32,000 nt of DNA from Alkalilimnicola ehrlichii MLHE-1. GTDB lineage: Bacteria; Pseudomonadota; Gammaproteobacteria; Nitrococcales; Halorhodospiraceae. The stretch's first letter is position 1. Each line of letters begins with the position of its first letter. Location of the stretch: the NCBI RefSeq assembly GCF_000014785.1, contig NC_008340.1, forward strand, positions 2,040,001-2,072,000. Reading direction: 5' to 3'. Shown piece by piece: positions 24,360 through 32,000 of this stretch. Below the pieces are notes generated by a model, which searched no databases, was not told the origin of the DNA, and saw only the letters and a list, made by a program, of their open reading frames with translations. A program made the position numbers and the translations under genes.

Positions 24360-25455
24360 TCAGACGCCGGCCTTGAGACTGGCCTCGATGAACTGATCGA
24401 GATCGCCGTCCAGCACCGCCTGGGTATTGCCCACCTCGACGCCGGTGCGCAGGTCCTTGATGCGGCTCTGGTCCAGCACGTAGGAGCGGATCTGGTTGCC
24501 CCAGCCGATGTCCGACTTGGTCCCCTCCACCGCCTCGGCCTCGTCGCGACGCTTCTGCATCTCCAGCTCGAAGAGCTTGGATTTGAGCTGCTTCATCGCC
24601 GTGGCGCGGTTCTTGTGCTGGGAGCGGTCCTGCTGGCACTGCACCACGATGCCGCTGGGCATGTGGGTGATCCGCACCGCCGATTCCGTGCGGTTGACGT
24701 GCTGGCCGCCCGCCCCGGAGGCGCGGTAGACGTCCACCCGCAGGTCGGCCGGGTTGATGTCGATATCCACGTCGTCGTCCACCTCGGGCGAGACGAACAC
24801 CGACGCAAAGGAGGTATGACGGCGGTTGCCGGAGTCGAAAGGCGACTTGCGCACCAGGCGGTGGATGCCGATCTCGGTGCGCAGCCAGCCGAAGGCGTAC
24901 TCACCCTCGAACTTGACCGTGGCACTCTTGATGCCGGCCTCGTCGCCCTCGGACAACTCGATGATTTCGGTCTTGAAGCCGTGGCGTTCGCCCCAACGCA
25001 GGTACATGCGCAACAGCATGTTCGCCCAGTCCTGCGCCTCGGTGCCGCCGGCGCCGGCCTGGATGTCCATGAAGGCATTGGCCGGGTCCATCTCACCGGA
25101 GAACATCCGCCGGAACTCCAGCTTCTGCAGCTCGCGCTCACAGTCGCCCAGGTCCGATTGCAGTGCGGCCACCGTCTCCTCGTCGCCCTCGTCGGCGGCC
25201 ATCTCCAGCAGCTCGTCGGCATCGCCGAGCACGCTGTCCAGGCGCTCAAAGGTCTCAACCAGGCCTTCCAGCTGGGCGCGCTCGCGCCCTAAGGACTGGG
25301 CCCGCTCCGGGTCGTTCCAGACCTCAGGCTGCTCCAGCTCGCGGGTGACCTCCTCTAGCCGTTCACGCTTGAGGTCGTAGTCAAAGATACCCCCTAAGGG
25401 CCTCGGCACGGCCCTTGAGGTCATCGATCTTCTGGGTAATCGGGTTCAGTTCCAT
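24360..25455 (-). CDS. prfB: Peptide chain release factor 2, expressed via programmed +1 frameshift
   Basis: Frame 0: ATG at 25455-25453, then [24 protein letters not shown] followed by TGA (25383-25381). The +1 frame continues [12 protein letters not shown]... to the stop at 24360. SPF and GGQ motifs are present ([15 protein letters not shown]). Confidence 0.93.
25380..25395 (-). promoter_or_regulatory. prfB +1 frameshift site (SD-like AGGGGG + CTT TGA C)
   Basis: The minus strand reads AGGGGGTATCTTTGAC, the canonical RF2 autoregulatory frameshift cassette. Confidence 0.9.
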
Positions 25456-25545
25456 GTTCGCGGTACCCTCGCGTTACCGTGATCGCGGAAAACGCGCAAT
25501 GGTACAACAAGGGCCGCGCGGTGTCAGGCCGGGGGCGCCATGGGC

Positions 25546-26442
25546 TCAGTCGCAGACCAGGCGCTCCCGCCCGTAGCGCTTGGCCCGCAGCAGGGCCATG
25601 TCGGCACGATGGAACAGCCCCTCGCCCGCCTCCTCCGGCTCCAACTCCGCCACCCCGGCACTGGCGCGCAGGTTGAGTTGGTCGTCGGATTCGCCGATGG
25701 CCAGGGTCTCCTGCGCCATGCGCGCCAGCAGGCGCTGCCCCGAGCGCACCGCCCCGGCCGCCGCCGTGTGCGCCATGAGCACCACGAACTCATCGCCGGC
25801 GTAGCGAAACACCAGGTCGCCGCCACGGCAGTTCTCCTGCAGCAAGGCCGCAAGCCGGCACAGCGCCGTGTCCCCCACCCGATGGCCGTGGGTGTCGTTG
25901 ATTGCCTTGAACCGGTCCAGGTCCACCACCATGAGCGAGAGTGGATGGCCGTGCCGGTGCGCCAGGCTGACCTCCCGCGCCAGCGCCTCCGCCAGCGCCT
26001 GGCGGTTCTGCAGCCCGGTCAGGCTGTCCTTCCGGCCGGCGGCCTCGGCCTGCTGAAAGCGGACAGCATTGTTCAGCGGGTGCACCAGCAGGGCCACCAA
26101 CTGGTCCAGGGCCTCCCGGTCCTCTGGCCGCCAGGGCGCGGCCCGCGACAGGGTCAATTCACCAAGCAGACGCCCGTTGAGGCGCAGCCGCTGCACCACC
26201 CGGCAGCGCCGGGCGCTTCCCGCCTGCAGCACCTCGGGCAGGGCCTCGCTCTGAAAGCGCACCGACGCCAGACCGATCAGCGGTTCACACTCCTGCAGGA
26301 AGTAGCGCAGCACCGCGGCCGGGTCCAGCGTGCTCTGCAGGCGCAATGCCACCCGCAGCGCCACCCCTTCCGGCGACGACGCCGTCGGCACCGCCTGCGG
26401 CTTCCCCACCCTGCTTTCCATGGACACCACCTGTTCGCTCAT
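25546..26442 (-). CDS. GGDEF-domain protein (diguanylate cyclase-like, AGDEF variant) with an uncharacterised N-terminal domain
   Basis: SLTGLQNRQAL, DLDRFKAINDTHGH, RGGD (I-site RxxD) and YAGDEF. The ATG at 26442 (MSEQVV...) is preceded by GGAGAGG. The ORF-track start at 26541 is less likely. Confidence 0.8.
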   Translation of the reverse strand: MSEQVVSMESRVGKPQAVPTASSPEGVALRVALRLQSTLDPAAVLRYFLQECEPLIGLASVRFQSEALPEVLQAGSARRCRVVQRLRLNGRLLGELTLSRAAPWRPEDREALDQLVALLVHPLNNAVRFQQAEAAGRKDSLTGLQNRQALAEALAREVSLAHRHGHPLSLMVVDLDRFKAINDTHGHRVGDTALCRLAALLQENCRGGDLVFRYAGDEFVVLMAHTAAAGAVRSGQRLLARMAQETLAIGESDDQLNLRASAGVAELEPEEAGEGLFHRADMALLRAKRYGRERLVCD

Positions 26443-26699
26443 GGTCCTCTCCGGCCGATTACCTGTGACAGAGAGCAAGCGAAATGTGTGCCAACACCAC
26501 AACCCACTGTTTTCACAGTGTAATAAGGGGGGATTTGCCAAGGGACAGTCCGAATTGCCGTAGTCAGTGACGGGTTACTGACGACCCCCGGCAAGCGACT
26601 GCCGGCGGGTTGACACCACGACGGCCAAAGGCTGCCGGCCAACCGTCGCCGGCCACCCCACCCTGCGCGCGGGTGTACAATCAGCACAGGAGCCCGCGC

Positions 26700-27905
26700 A
26701 TGAAGATTACCCACACCACACCGACGCTGGAGATCCGCGGGGCCAATATCGCCCGGCCGGCGCTGGCCCTGCGCCTGGACCAGGTGCTGCAGGCCACCGT
26801 GCGCACCGGTCCCGACGGCCACCTGGCTTTGCAGATGGCCAACCACCTGCTCGGTGCCCGCGCCGAGATCCCGCTGCGCGAGGGCGACCGGCTGAGCCTG
26901 CAGGTGGCCGAACTCCAACCCCGGGTCACGCTCAAAGTGCTCGAGCACCGGGGACGCGAGCCGGCCATCAACAACGCCCTGCGCCAGCTATTACCCCAGC
27001 AGGGCAGCCTCGCCCCCCTCCTGGATCAGCTCGCCGCCAGCCGGCCGGGCCGGGGCGAGGCGGCCGCCGGGCGCCAGCTGCCCGCGCCGGTGCGCGAGGC
27101 CGTGAACGCGCTCCTCGCCCGCATCCCCACCGCCGAGCAGGCTGGCCGGCCCGAGGGGTTTCGCCAGGCCCTGCAGCAGGCCGGCCCCCTGCTTGAGGCC
27201 CGTCTCGCCACCCTCCTGCAACCAACGGCCCAAAGCCCGCAGGCCCAGAGCACCGCGGCCGCTCAGGTGCTCAATCAGGACCTCAAGGCGGCGCTGCTGC
27301 GCCTGGCCAGCCGCATCCGCCAGCAGGCCGCCAGCGGCGGTACGCCCCCGGCCGGTCAGAACCGTACCGCTGGCAGTGCGCCGGAGGCGACCGGCCGGGG
27401 CGCCGCGCCACTGCCCGGTCTGCCTGCGGAGGGCCTGCTGGCCACCCTACTGCGCCAGACCGAGAGCGCCCTGGCCCGGGTGCAGTTGCTGCAGGTGCAG
27501 ACCGCGGCACTGGAGCAGCGGCTGGACTTCAGCCTGGACCTGCCGCTGAAGGACGGGGGCGAGCTGGATCTGCTGCGCCTGCGGGTACGCGACGACGACA
27601 GCACCGGGTCGGGGGAGGATGAGGACGGCGGTCGTCCCCTGGAGTTGCGGCTCGGGTTCGACTTCCGGCGCACCGGCCCGCTCCATGCCATCGTGCGGCT
27701 GCGCGGCGAGACGGTGAGCATCGCCTGGTGGGCGGAACGCGACGAGACCGTGGCGGTGCTGGATGATCTCCTGCCCCGCCTGGAGGCCCGCCTGCGCGCC
27801 CAGGGCTTCGAACTGGGCTACATGGGCTGCCAACGGGGCCGGCCACCCCATCCCCCCGAGCCCGACCCCGGGGCGCGCCGGCCCCTGCTGGACCTGAGGG
27901 CCTGA
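26700..27905 (+). CDS. FliK-like (flagellar hook-length control C-terminal-domain-like) protein
   Basis: About 401 aa from MKITHTTPTLEI. The central region is Ala/Gln/Pro-rich and low in complexity. The C-terminal segment (LDFSLDLPLKDGGELDLLRLRV...LHAIVRLRGETVSIAWWAE) resembles the Flg_hook domain. It is followed by an flhB-C-like gene, which is a known pairing. Confidence 0.5.
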   Translation: MKITHTTPTLEIRGANIARPALALRLDQVLQATVRTGPDGHLALQMANHLLGARAEIPLREGDRLSLQVAELQPRVTLKVLEHRGREPAINNALRQLLPQQGSLAPLLDQLAASRPGRGEAAAGRQLPAPVREAVNALLARIPTAEQAGRPEGFRQALQQAGPLLEARLATLLQPTAQSPQAQSTAAAQVLNQDLKAALLRLASRIRQQAASGGTPPAGQNRTAGSAPEATGRGAAPLPGLPAEGLLATLLRQTESALARVQLLQVQTAALEQRLDFSLDLPLKDGGELDLLRLRVRDDDSTGSGEDEDGGRPLELRLGFDFRRTGPLHAIVRLRGETVSIAWWAERDETVAVLDDLLPRLEARLRAQGFELGYMGCQRGRPPHPPEPDPGARRPLLDLRA

Positions 27906-27909
27906 ACCG

Positions 27910-28269
27910 GTGAGTGGACGTAACGACAACACCCCGCCCCTGGAGGGCAAGCGCCGCCTGGCCGTGGCCCTGGAGTACGGTGGCCAGGGCGCGCCCCGGG
28001 TGACCGCCAAAGGCGCCGGACCGCTGGCCGAACGCATCATCGAGCTGGCGGCGGAACACGACGTGCCGCTGGAAACCGACGCCGACCTGGTGGCCGTGCT
28101 CGCCCAACTGGAGCTGGAGCAGGCGATCCCCGAGTCGCTCTACCGGGTGGTGGCGGAGGTGATCGCCTTTGCCTACCTGGTGAAGGGCCGTTTTCCGGAG
28201 GGCTGGGAGGAACGGCAGCGCGACCAGGGCGCCCCGCGGGGTGAGACAGGGGCGCAAAGGGACGACTAG
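27910..28269 (+). CDS. Small FlhB/EscU/YscU C-terminal-domain-like protein
   Basis: 119 aa (GTG start). AVALEYGGQGAPRVTAKGAGPLAERIIELAAEHDVPLETDADLVAVLAQLELEQAIPESLYRVVAEVIAFAY matches the stand-alone FlhB-C-like family pattern. Confidence 0.7.
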   Translation: MSGRNDNTPPLEGKRRLAVALEYGGQGAPRVTAKGAGPLAERIIELAAEHDVPLETDADLVAVLAQLELEQAIPESLYRVVAEVIAFAYLVKGRFPEGWEERQRDQGAPRGETGAQRDD

Positions 28270-28287
28270 CCCCCGGTTGCGGCCACC

Positions 28288-28704
28288 CTATTGCTGGCTC
28301 TGCCCGGCCTGCGGGCCATGCAGGCGCACGATGAGATCCGCCTCCACCTGCCCGACGCCGCAGGTCTCCATGATCTCGGCGGCCCCCATACCCTTGCGTG
28401 CCATCCGGATGGCCTGCTCGTAGCCGGCGGGCGCCGGGGCGCTCTGCGCCACCTGCTCAATGCGCGATTTCAGCCGGGTGAGCTCCTGCTGGGTCTTGGC
28501 GAGCTGATCCCCGGAGCCCACCGCCGCGGTGGACAGCCCCTGGTACTGCTCATTAGTGCGCCGCAGGCCGCTCTCCAGGCCCTCCAACCGGCGCCGCAGC
28601 CGCCGCACCGACGCCACCGCCCGCCAGCTTACCAACAGCGCCAGCACGGCCAGCACCAGGCCGGCGGCACCGAGGTAGAGTGGAAGGGCGTCGGGCAGCT
28701 CCAT
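28288..28704 (-). CDS. DUF2802-like protein (N-terminal TM helix, coiled coil, C-terminal helix-turn-helix-like segment)
   Basis: 138 aa. TM segment LPLYLGAAGLVLAVLALLV. The C-terminal YEQAIRMARKGMGAAEIMETCGVGQVEADLIVRLHG fits my recollection of DUF2802. Confidence 0.45.
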   Translation of the reverse strand: MELPDALPLYLGAAGLVLAVLALLVSWRAVASVRRLRRRLEGLESGLRRTNEQYQGLSTAAVGSGDQLAKTQQELTRLKSRIEQVAQSAPAPAGYEQAIRMARKGMGAAEIMETCGVGQVEADLIVRLHGPQAGQSQQ

Positions 28705-28707
28705 GGC

Positions 28708-30096
28708 TTATTCGCGTCTCCAGGTGGTCCCCTGCGGGCCGTCCTCGAGGATGATACCCCGTTCCGCCAGTTCGTCGCGAATGCGGTCGGCCTCGGCGAA
28801 GTCCCTGTTCTTGCGGGCCTCGGTGCGGCGGGCGACCAGCGCGTCAATCTCCGCATCCTCATCACCACCGGCGTCGCCGCCGCGCAGGAAGCGCTCGGGG
28901 TCGTCCTGGAGCAGCCCCAGCACGCCGCCCAACACCCTCAACAGCGCCCCCGGGGCCGCCGCTCCGGCGTCGTCGTCCCCCTGCCGCAGGCGATTGACCT
29001 CCCGGGCCAGCTCGAACAACACCGCCAGCGCCTCCGGGGTGTTGAAGTCGTCGTCCATGGCGGCGTGGAAGCGGGCCCGGAAACCCTGCGGGTCCGCCTC
29101 CGGCACCGGCGCCTCCGGCAGGCCGCGCAGCGCCAGGTAGAGTCGCTCCAACGCCCCCTGGGCCTGGCGCAGCCCGTCCAGGGAGTAGTTGAGCGGGCTG
29201 CGGTAATGGCTGGAGAGCAGGAACAGCCGCACCGCCTCGGCGCGGTGCTCGCTGAGCACTTCGCGCACGGTGAAGAAGTTGCCCAGCGACTTGGCCATCT
29301 TCTCGTCATTGATGCGGACGTGGCCGTTGTGCATCCAGTAGTTGACGAAGGGGTGGCCGGTGGCGCACTCGCTCTGGGCGATCTCGTTCTCGTGGTGCGG
29401 AAACTTCAGGTCCAGACCGCCGCCGTGGATGTCGAAGTGATCGCCCAGCACCTGCGTGGACATGGCCGAGCACTCGATATGCCAGCCCGGCCGCCCCTCG
29501 CCCCAGGGCGAGGGCCAGGCGGGCTCTCCGGGGCGGGCCGCCTTCCACAGGGCGAAGTCCACCGGGTCGCGCTTGCCCTCGTCCACCTCGACCCGGGCAC
29601 CGGCGCGCAGGTCCTCCTGCCGTTCCCCGGAGAGCTTGCCGTACTCCGGGTAGCTGGAGACGGCGAAGTAGACGTCGCCATCATCGGCCACGTAGGCGTG
29701 GCCGCGCTCGACCAAGCGCTCGATCATGGCGATGATGTCGTCGATATGGCCGGTGGCCCGCGGCTCGTGGTCCGGGGGCAGCACCCCCAGCGCCTCGGCA
29801 TCCTCATGCATGGCACGGATGAAGCGCTCGGTCACCGCGCCCATGGGCTCGCCGAGTTCGGCAGCGCGGCGGATGATCTTGTCGTCGATATCGGTGATAT
29901 TGCGCACGAAGGTGACCCGGTAGCCGAGGTGGCGCAGGTAGCGGGCTACCATGTCGAACACCACCAGGGCACGGGCATGGCCCAAATGGCAGTAGTCGTA
30001 CACCGTCATGCCGCACACGTACATGCGCACGTGACCGGGTTGGATGGGTTCGAAGCGCTCTTTGCGTTGGGTCAGGCTGTTGTGGATATGCAGCAT
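28708..30096 (-). CDS. cysS: Cysteine--tRNA ligase
   Basis: About 462 aa from [19 protein letters not shown]-type motif (CHLGHAR) and KMSKS-type motif (KMAKSLGN). The ORF-track start at 30264 would overlap gltX and adds non-homologous Arg/Pro/Gly-rich sequence. Confidence 0.93.
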   Translation of the reverse strand: MLHIHNSLTQRKERFEPIQPGHVRMYVCGMTVYDYCHLGHARALVVFDMVARYLRHLGYRVTFVRNITDIDDKIIRRAAELGEPMGAVTERFIRAMHEDAEALGVLPPDHEPRATGHIDDIIAMIERLVERGHAYVADDGDVYFAVSSYPEYGKLSGERQEDLRAGARVEVDEGKRDPVDFALWKAARPGEPAWPSPWGEGRPGWHIECSAMSTQVLGDHFDIHGGGLDLKFPHHENEIAQSECATGHPFVNYWMHNGHVRINDEKMAKSLGNFFTVREVLSEHRAEAVRLFLLSSHYRSPLNYSLDGLRQAQGALERLYLALRGLPEAPVPEADPQGFRARFHAAMDDDFNTPEALAVLFELAREVNRLRQGDDDAGAAAPGALLRVLGGVLGLLQDDPERFLRGGDAGGDEDAEIDALVARRTEARKNRDFAEADRIRDELAERGIILEDGPQGTTWRRE

Positions 30097-30161
30097 TCCG
30101 GCGTCCCTGTTCAATTCGTTGATCCCCGGCGTACGGCCCCGGATAGCGGGGGCCGCCCGTT

Positions 30162-31595
30162 TCATGGCGTGGTGGCGGCAAGCTCGCGCGCCTGCTCCAG
30201 CCGACATCGGGCGATATCGACGGGCATCAGGGCGTAGACCGGTCCCAGTTCCGGGCCCCGGCACAGGCCGGTGAGCGCCGCGCGTAGCGGCATGAAGAGC
30301 TGCCGGCCCTTGGCGCCAGTGGCCTTGCGCACGGCCTTGGCCAAGGCCGGGAAGTCACCGGCGGTGGTCTCCAGCTCCGCCAGCGCCGCCTCGTAGAAGG
30401 CCGGCCCGGCGTCGCGGATGACCGCCTCCGTATCCGGTGCCAACGCCGGCAACGGGCCGAACACCCGCTGACCCCACGCCGCCAGGTCGTCAGGGAAGAG
30501 GATGTTGTCCCGCACCGCCGCCAGCAGGGCCCGGCGCCGGTCCGCCGGCACGGCGTCGTCCAGCCGCTCCAGCCAGGGGGCCAGGGTGGCCTCATCGGCC
30601 CGGTGCACCGCCAACTGCTGCCAGTGGCTGAGCTGGTGACGGTCAAAGCGCGCCGGGGCCCGGCCCAGGGCGTCGGTGCGGAAGGCGTCCGCCAGCCCCT
30701 GCAGATCGAGTAACTGCGACTCCACCTCGCCGGTGTAGTGATGACCCAGCCGCGCCAGGTAGTTGAGCACCGCCTCGGGCAGCCAGCCGGCCTCGCGCAG
30801 CTCCGCCACCGACAGGCTGCCGTTGCGCTTGGACAGCGGCGCGCCGTCGTCCCCGGTGATCAGGTTGATGTGGCCGTACTCGGGCTGCGGCAGGTCCAGC
30901 GCCCGCAGCAGCAGGAGCTGGCGCGGGGTGTTGGTCAGATGGTCCTCGCCGCGAAGCACGTGGCTGACCCCCATCAGGGCATCGTCCACCGCGTTGCAGA
31001 AGAAGAACGCCGCCGTGCCGTCGGCGCGGCGGATGATGAAATCACCGATCTCGTCGGTGGGAAAGCGCTGCTCGCCCCGAACCAGGTCGTGGAAGACGAC
31101 GGTCTCCTCCGCCGGCACCCGGAAACGCAGGGTGGGCCGGCGGCCCTCGGCCCGGCGCCGCTCGCGCTCCTCGGCGGTGAGGTGGGCGCAGGTGCCCGCA
31201 TAGCGGGGCGGCTTGCCGGCGGCGCGCTGGGCCTTGCGGGAGAGCTCCAGCTCGCGCTCGGTACAGAAGCAGGGATAGGCCTGGTCCGCTGCCTCCAGTG
31301 CCCGATAGTAGCGCTCATAGACCGCGCCACGCTCCGACTGGTGGTAGGGACCGGCCTCACCGCCGGCCTCCGGGCCCTCATCCCAGTGCAGACCCATCCA
31401 GCGCAGGTCGGCCATCAGCGTCTGGGCGTGGGCGCCGCTGCTGCGGCTCTCGTCGGTATCCTCCAGCCGCAGCAGGAAGCGGCCACCGCGACTGCGTGCC
31501 AGCAGGGCATTGAACAGCGCCGTGCGCAGATTCCCCAGGTGCATGCGGCCGGTGGGGCTGGGGGCGAATCGGGTTTTTACGTTTGTAGGCGTCAT
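30162..31595 (-). CDS. gltX: Glutamate--tRNA ligase
   Basis: 477 aa. N-terminus [24 protein letters not shown], followed by LRLEDTD and PLSKRNGS (KMSKS-like). Confidence 0.92.
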   Translation of the reverse strand: MTPTNVKTRFAPSPTGRMHLGNLRTALFNALLARSRGGRFLLRLEDTDESRSSGAHAQTLMADLRWMGLHWDEGPEAGGEAGPYHQSERGAVYERYYRALEAADQAYPCFCTERELELSRKAQRAAGKPPRYAGTCAHLTAEERERRRAEGRRPTLRFRVPAEETVVFHDLVRGEQRFPTDEIGDFIIRRADGTAAFFFCNAVDDALMGVSHVLRGEDHLTNTPRQLLLLRALDLPQPEYGHINLITGDDGAPLSKRNGSLSVAELREAGWLPEAVLNYLARLGHHYTGEVESQLLDLQGLADAFRTDALGRAPARFDRHQLSHWQQLAVHRADEATLAPWLERLDDAVPADRRRALLAAVRDNILFPDDLAAWGQRVFGPLPALAPDTEAVIRDAGPAFYEAALAELETTAGDFPALAKAVRKATGAKGRQLFMPLRAALTGLCRGPELGPVYALMPVDIARCRLEQARELAATTP

Positions 31596-31723
31596 AACCG
31601 CGCTATGTTATCCGGCCAGGCTCATCCGGCGCAAAAGCGGGCGGAACAAACACCCGTTTTGCGTCGCCCCGCGCGGGCGCAGTATCCTTTCGCTGATACC
31701 GCTCACGGAATAAGAGGACGCCG

Positions 31724-32000
31724 ATGACTGCCCCCCAGGCCCCGATACTTTTCATTGCCGATTTGCACCTCGACGAGCGCCGTCCCGAGATCGTCGAACT
31801 CTTTCTCGCCTTTCTCCAGCGCAGCCGCGATGAGGCGGGGGCGCTGTACATCCTGGGGGATCTGTTCGAGGCGTGGCTGGGGGACGACACCCTCCCCGCG
31901 GAGCACCCGGTCTTGGCCGGTATGCGCGACTTTGCGGCCAGCGGCACCCCGCTGTATGTGATGCGCGGCAACCGCGACTTCCTCATGGGGGAGGGGTTTG
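31724..32000 (+). CDS. lpxH: UDP-2,3-diacylglucosamine diphosphatase, 5' part (runs off the window)
   Basis: My own translation from the ATG at 31724 (AAGAGGA upstream): MTAPQAPILFIADLHLDERRPEIVELFLAFLQRSRDEAGALYILGDLFEAWLGDD...YVMRGNRDFL. These are the metallophosphoesterase motifs typical of LpxH. It is absent from the ORF track because no stop codon falls within the window. Confidence 0.85.
   Translation, partial: MTAPQAPILFIADLHLDERRPEIVELFLAFLQRSRDEAGALYILGDLFEAWLGDDTLPAEHPVLAGMRDFAASGTPLYVMRGNRDFLMGEGF

Noticed and set aside
28291-30237. 648-aa plus-strand ORF antisense to cysS/DUF2802. The same applies to 20695-21942 (-) antisense to the kinase, 24273-25292 (+) antisense to prfB, 25540-26523 (+) antisense to the GGDEF gene and 30738-31727 (+) antisense to gltX
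   Set aside because: Each overlaps a confidently identified gene on the other strand. These are GC-driven open frames with repetitive Arg/Gly/Ala/Pro/His content.
30097-30264. Extended cysS start (518-aa version) overlapping gltX
   Set aside because: The conserved CysRS N-terminus begins at MLHIHNSLT (ATG at 30096). The upstream 56 codons are compositional read-through overlapping the gltX 3' end.

Overview
High-GC proteobacterial chromosome segment; the taxon cannot be determined from the sequence alone. The right half (about 16.3-32 kb) is ordinary housekeeping: mfd, a csiV-like gene, a GAF histidine kinase with a CheY-like regulator, lysS, prfB with its programmed +1 frameshift, a GGDEF protein, a fliK-like/flhB-C-like/DUF2802 trio, cysS, gltX and the start of lpxH. 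The left half (about 440-16000) is a visibly AT-richer accessory insertion. I interpret it as a complete chromosomal integron. It has an intI-type tyrosine recombinase (14591-15979, +). An intact IS91-family HUH transposase gene sits between intI and an attI-like site. A minus-strand cassette array is delimited by five structured attC sites (1222-1282, 8514-8603, 9220-9288, 10203-10274, 11142-11217). The first 7-mer of each attC is the exact reverse complement of the G+TTRRRY junction that opens the same cassette. Cassette content is dominated by conflict and defence genes. In order from the attI-like site: (1) a translationally coupled DUF262 (ParB-like) + HEPN (Rx4H) pair; (2) a single-gene caspase/CHAT-like (His-Cys dyad) protein; (3) an orphan membrane protein; (4) a poly-gamma-glutamate-hydrolase-like (DUF867) protein; (5) a whole type I R-M operon (hsdM-hsdS-orf203-hsdR, about 7.3 kb) that behaves as one giant cassette and contains an extra PD-(D/E)xK-like gene; (6) a decayed distal end with a recombinase remnant and a yefM-yoeB toxin-antitoxin module. 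All family calls come from motif recognition by eye. No searches were run.
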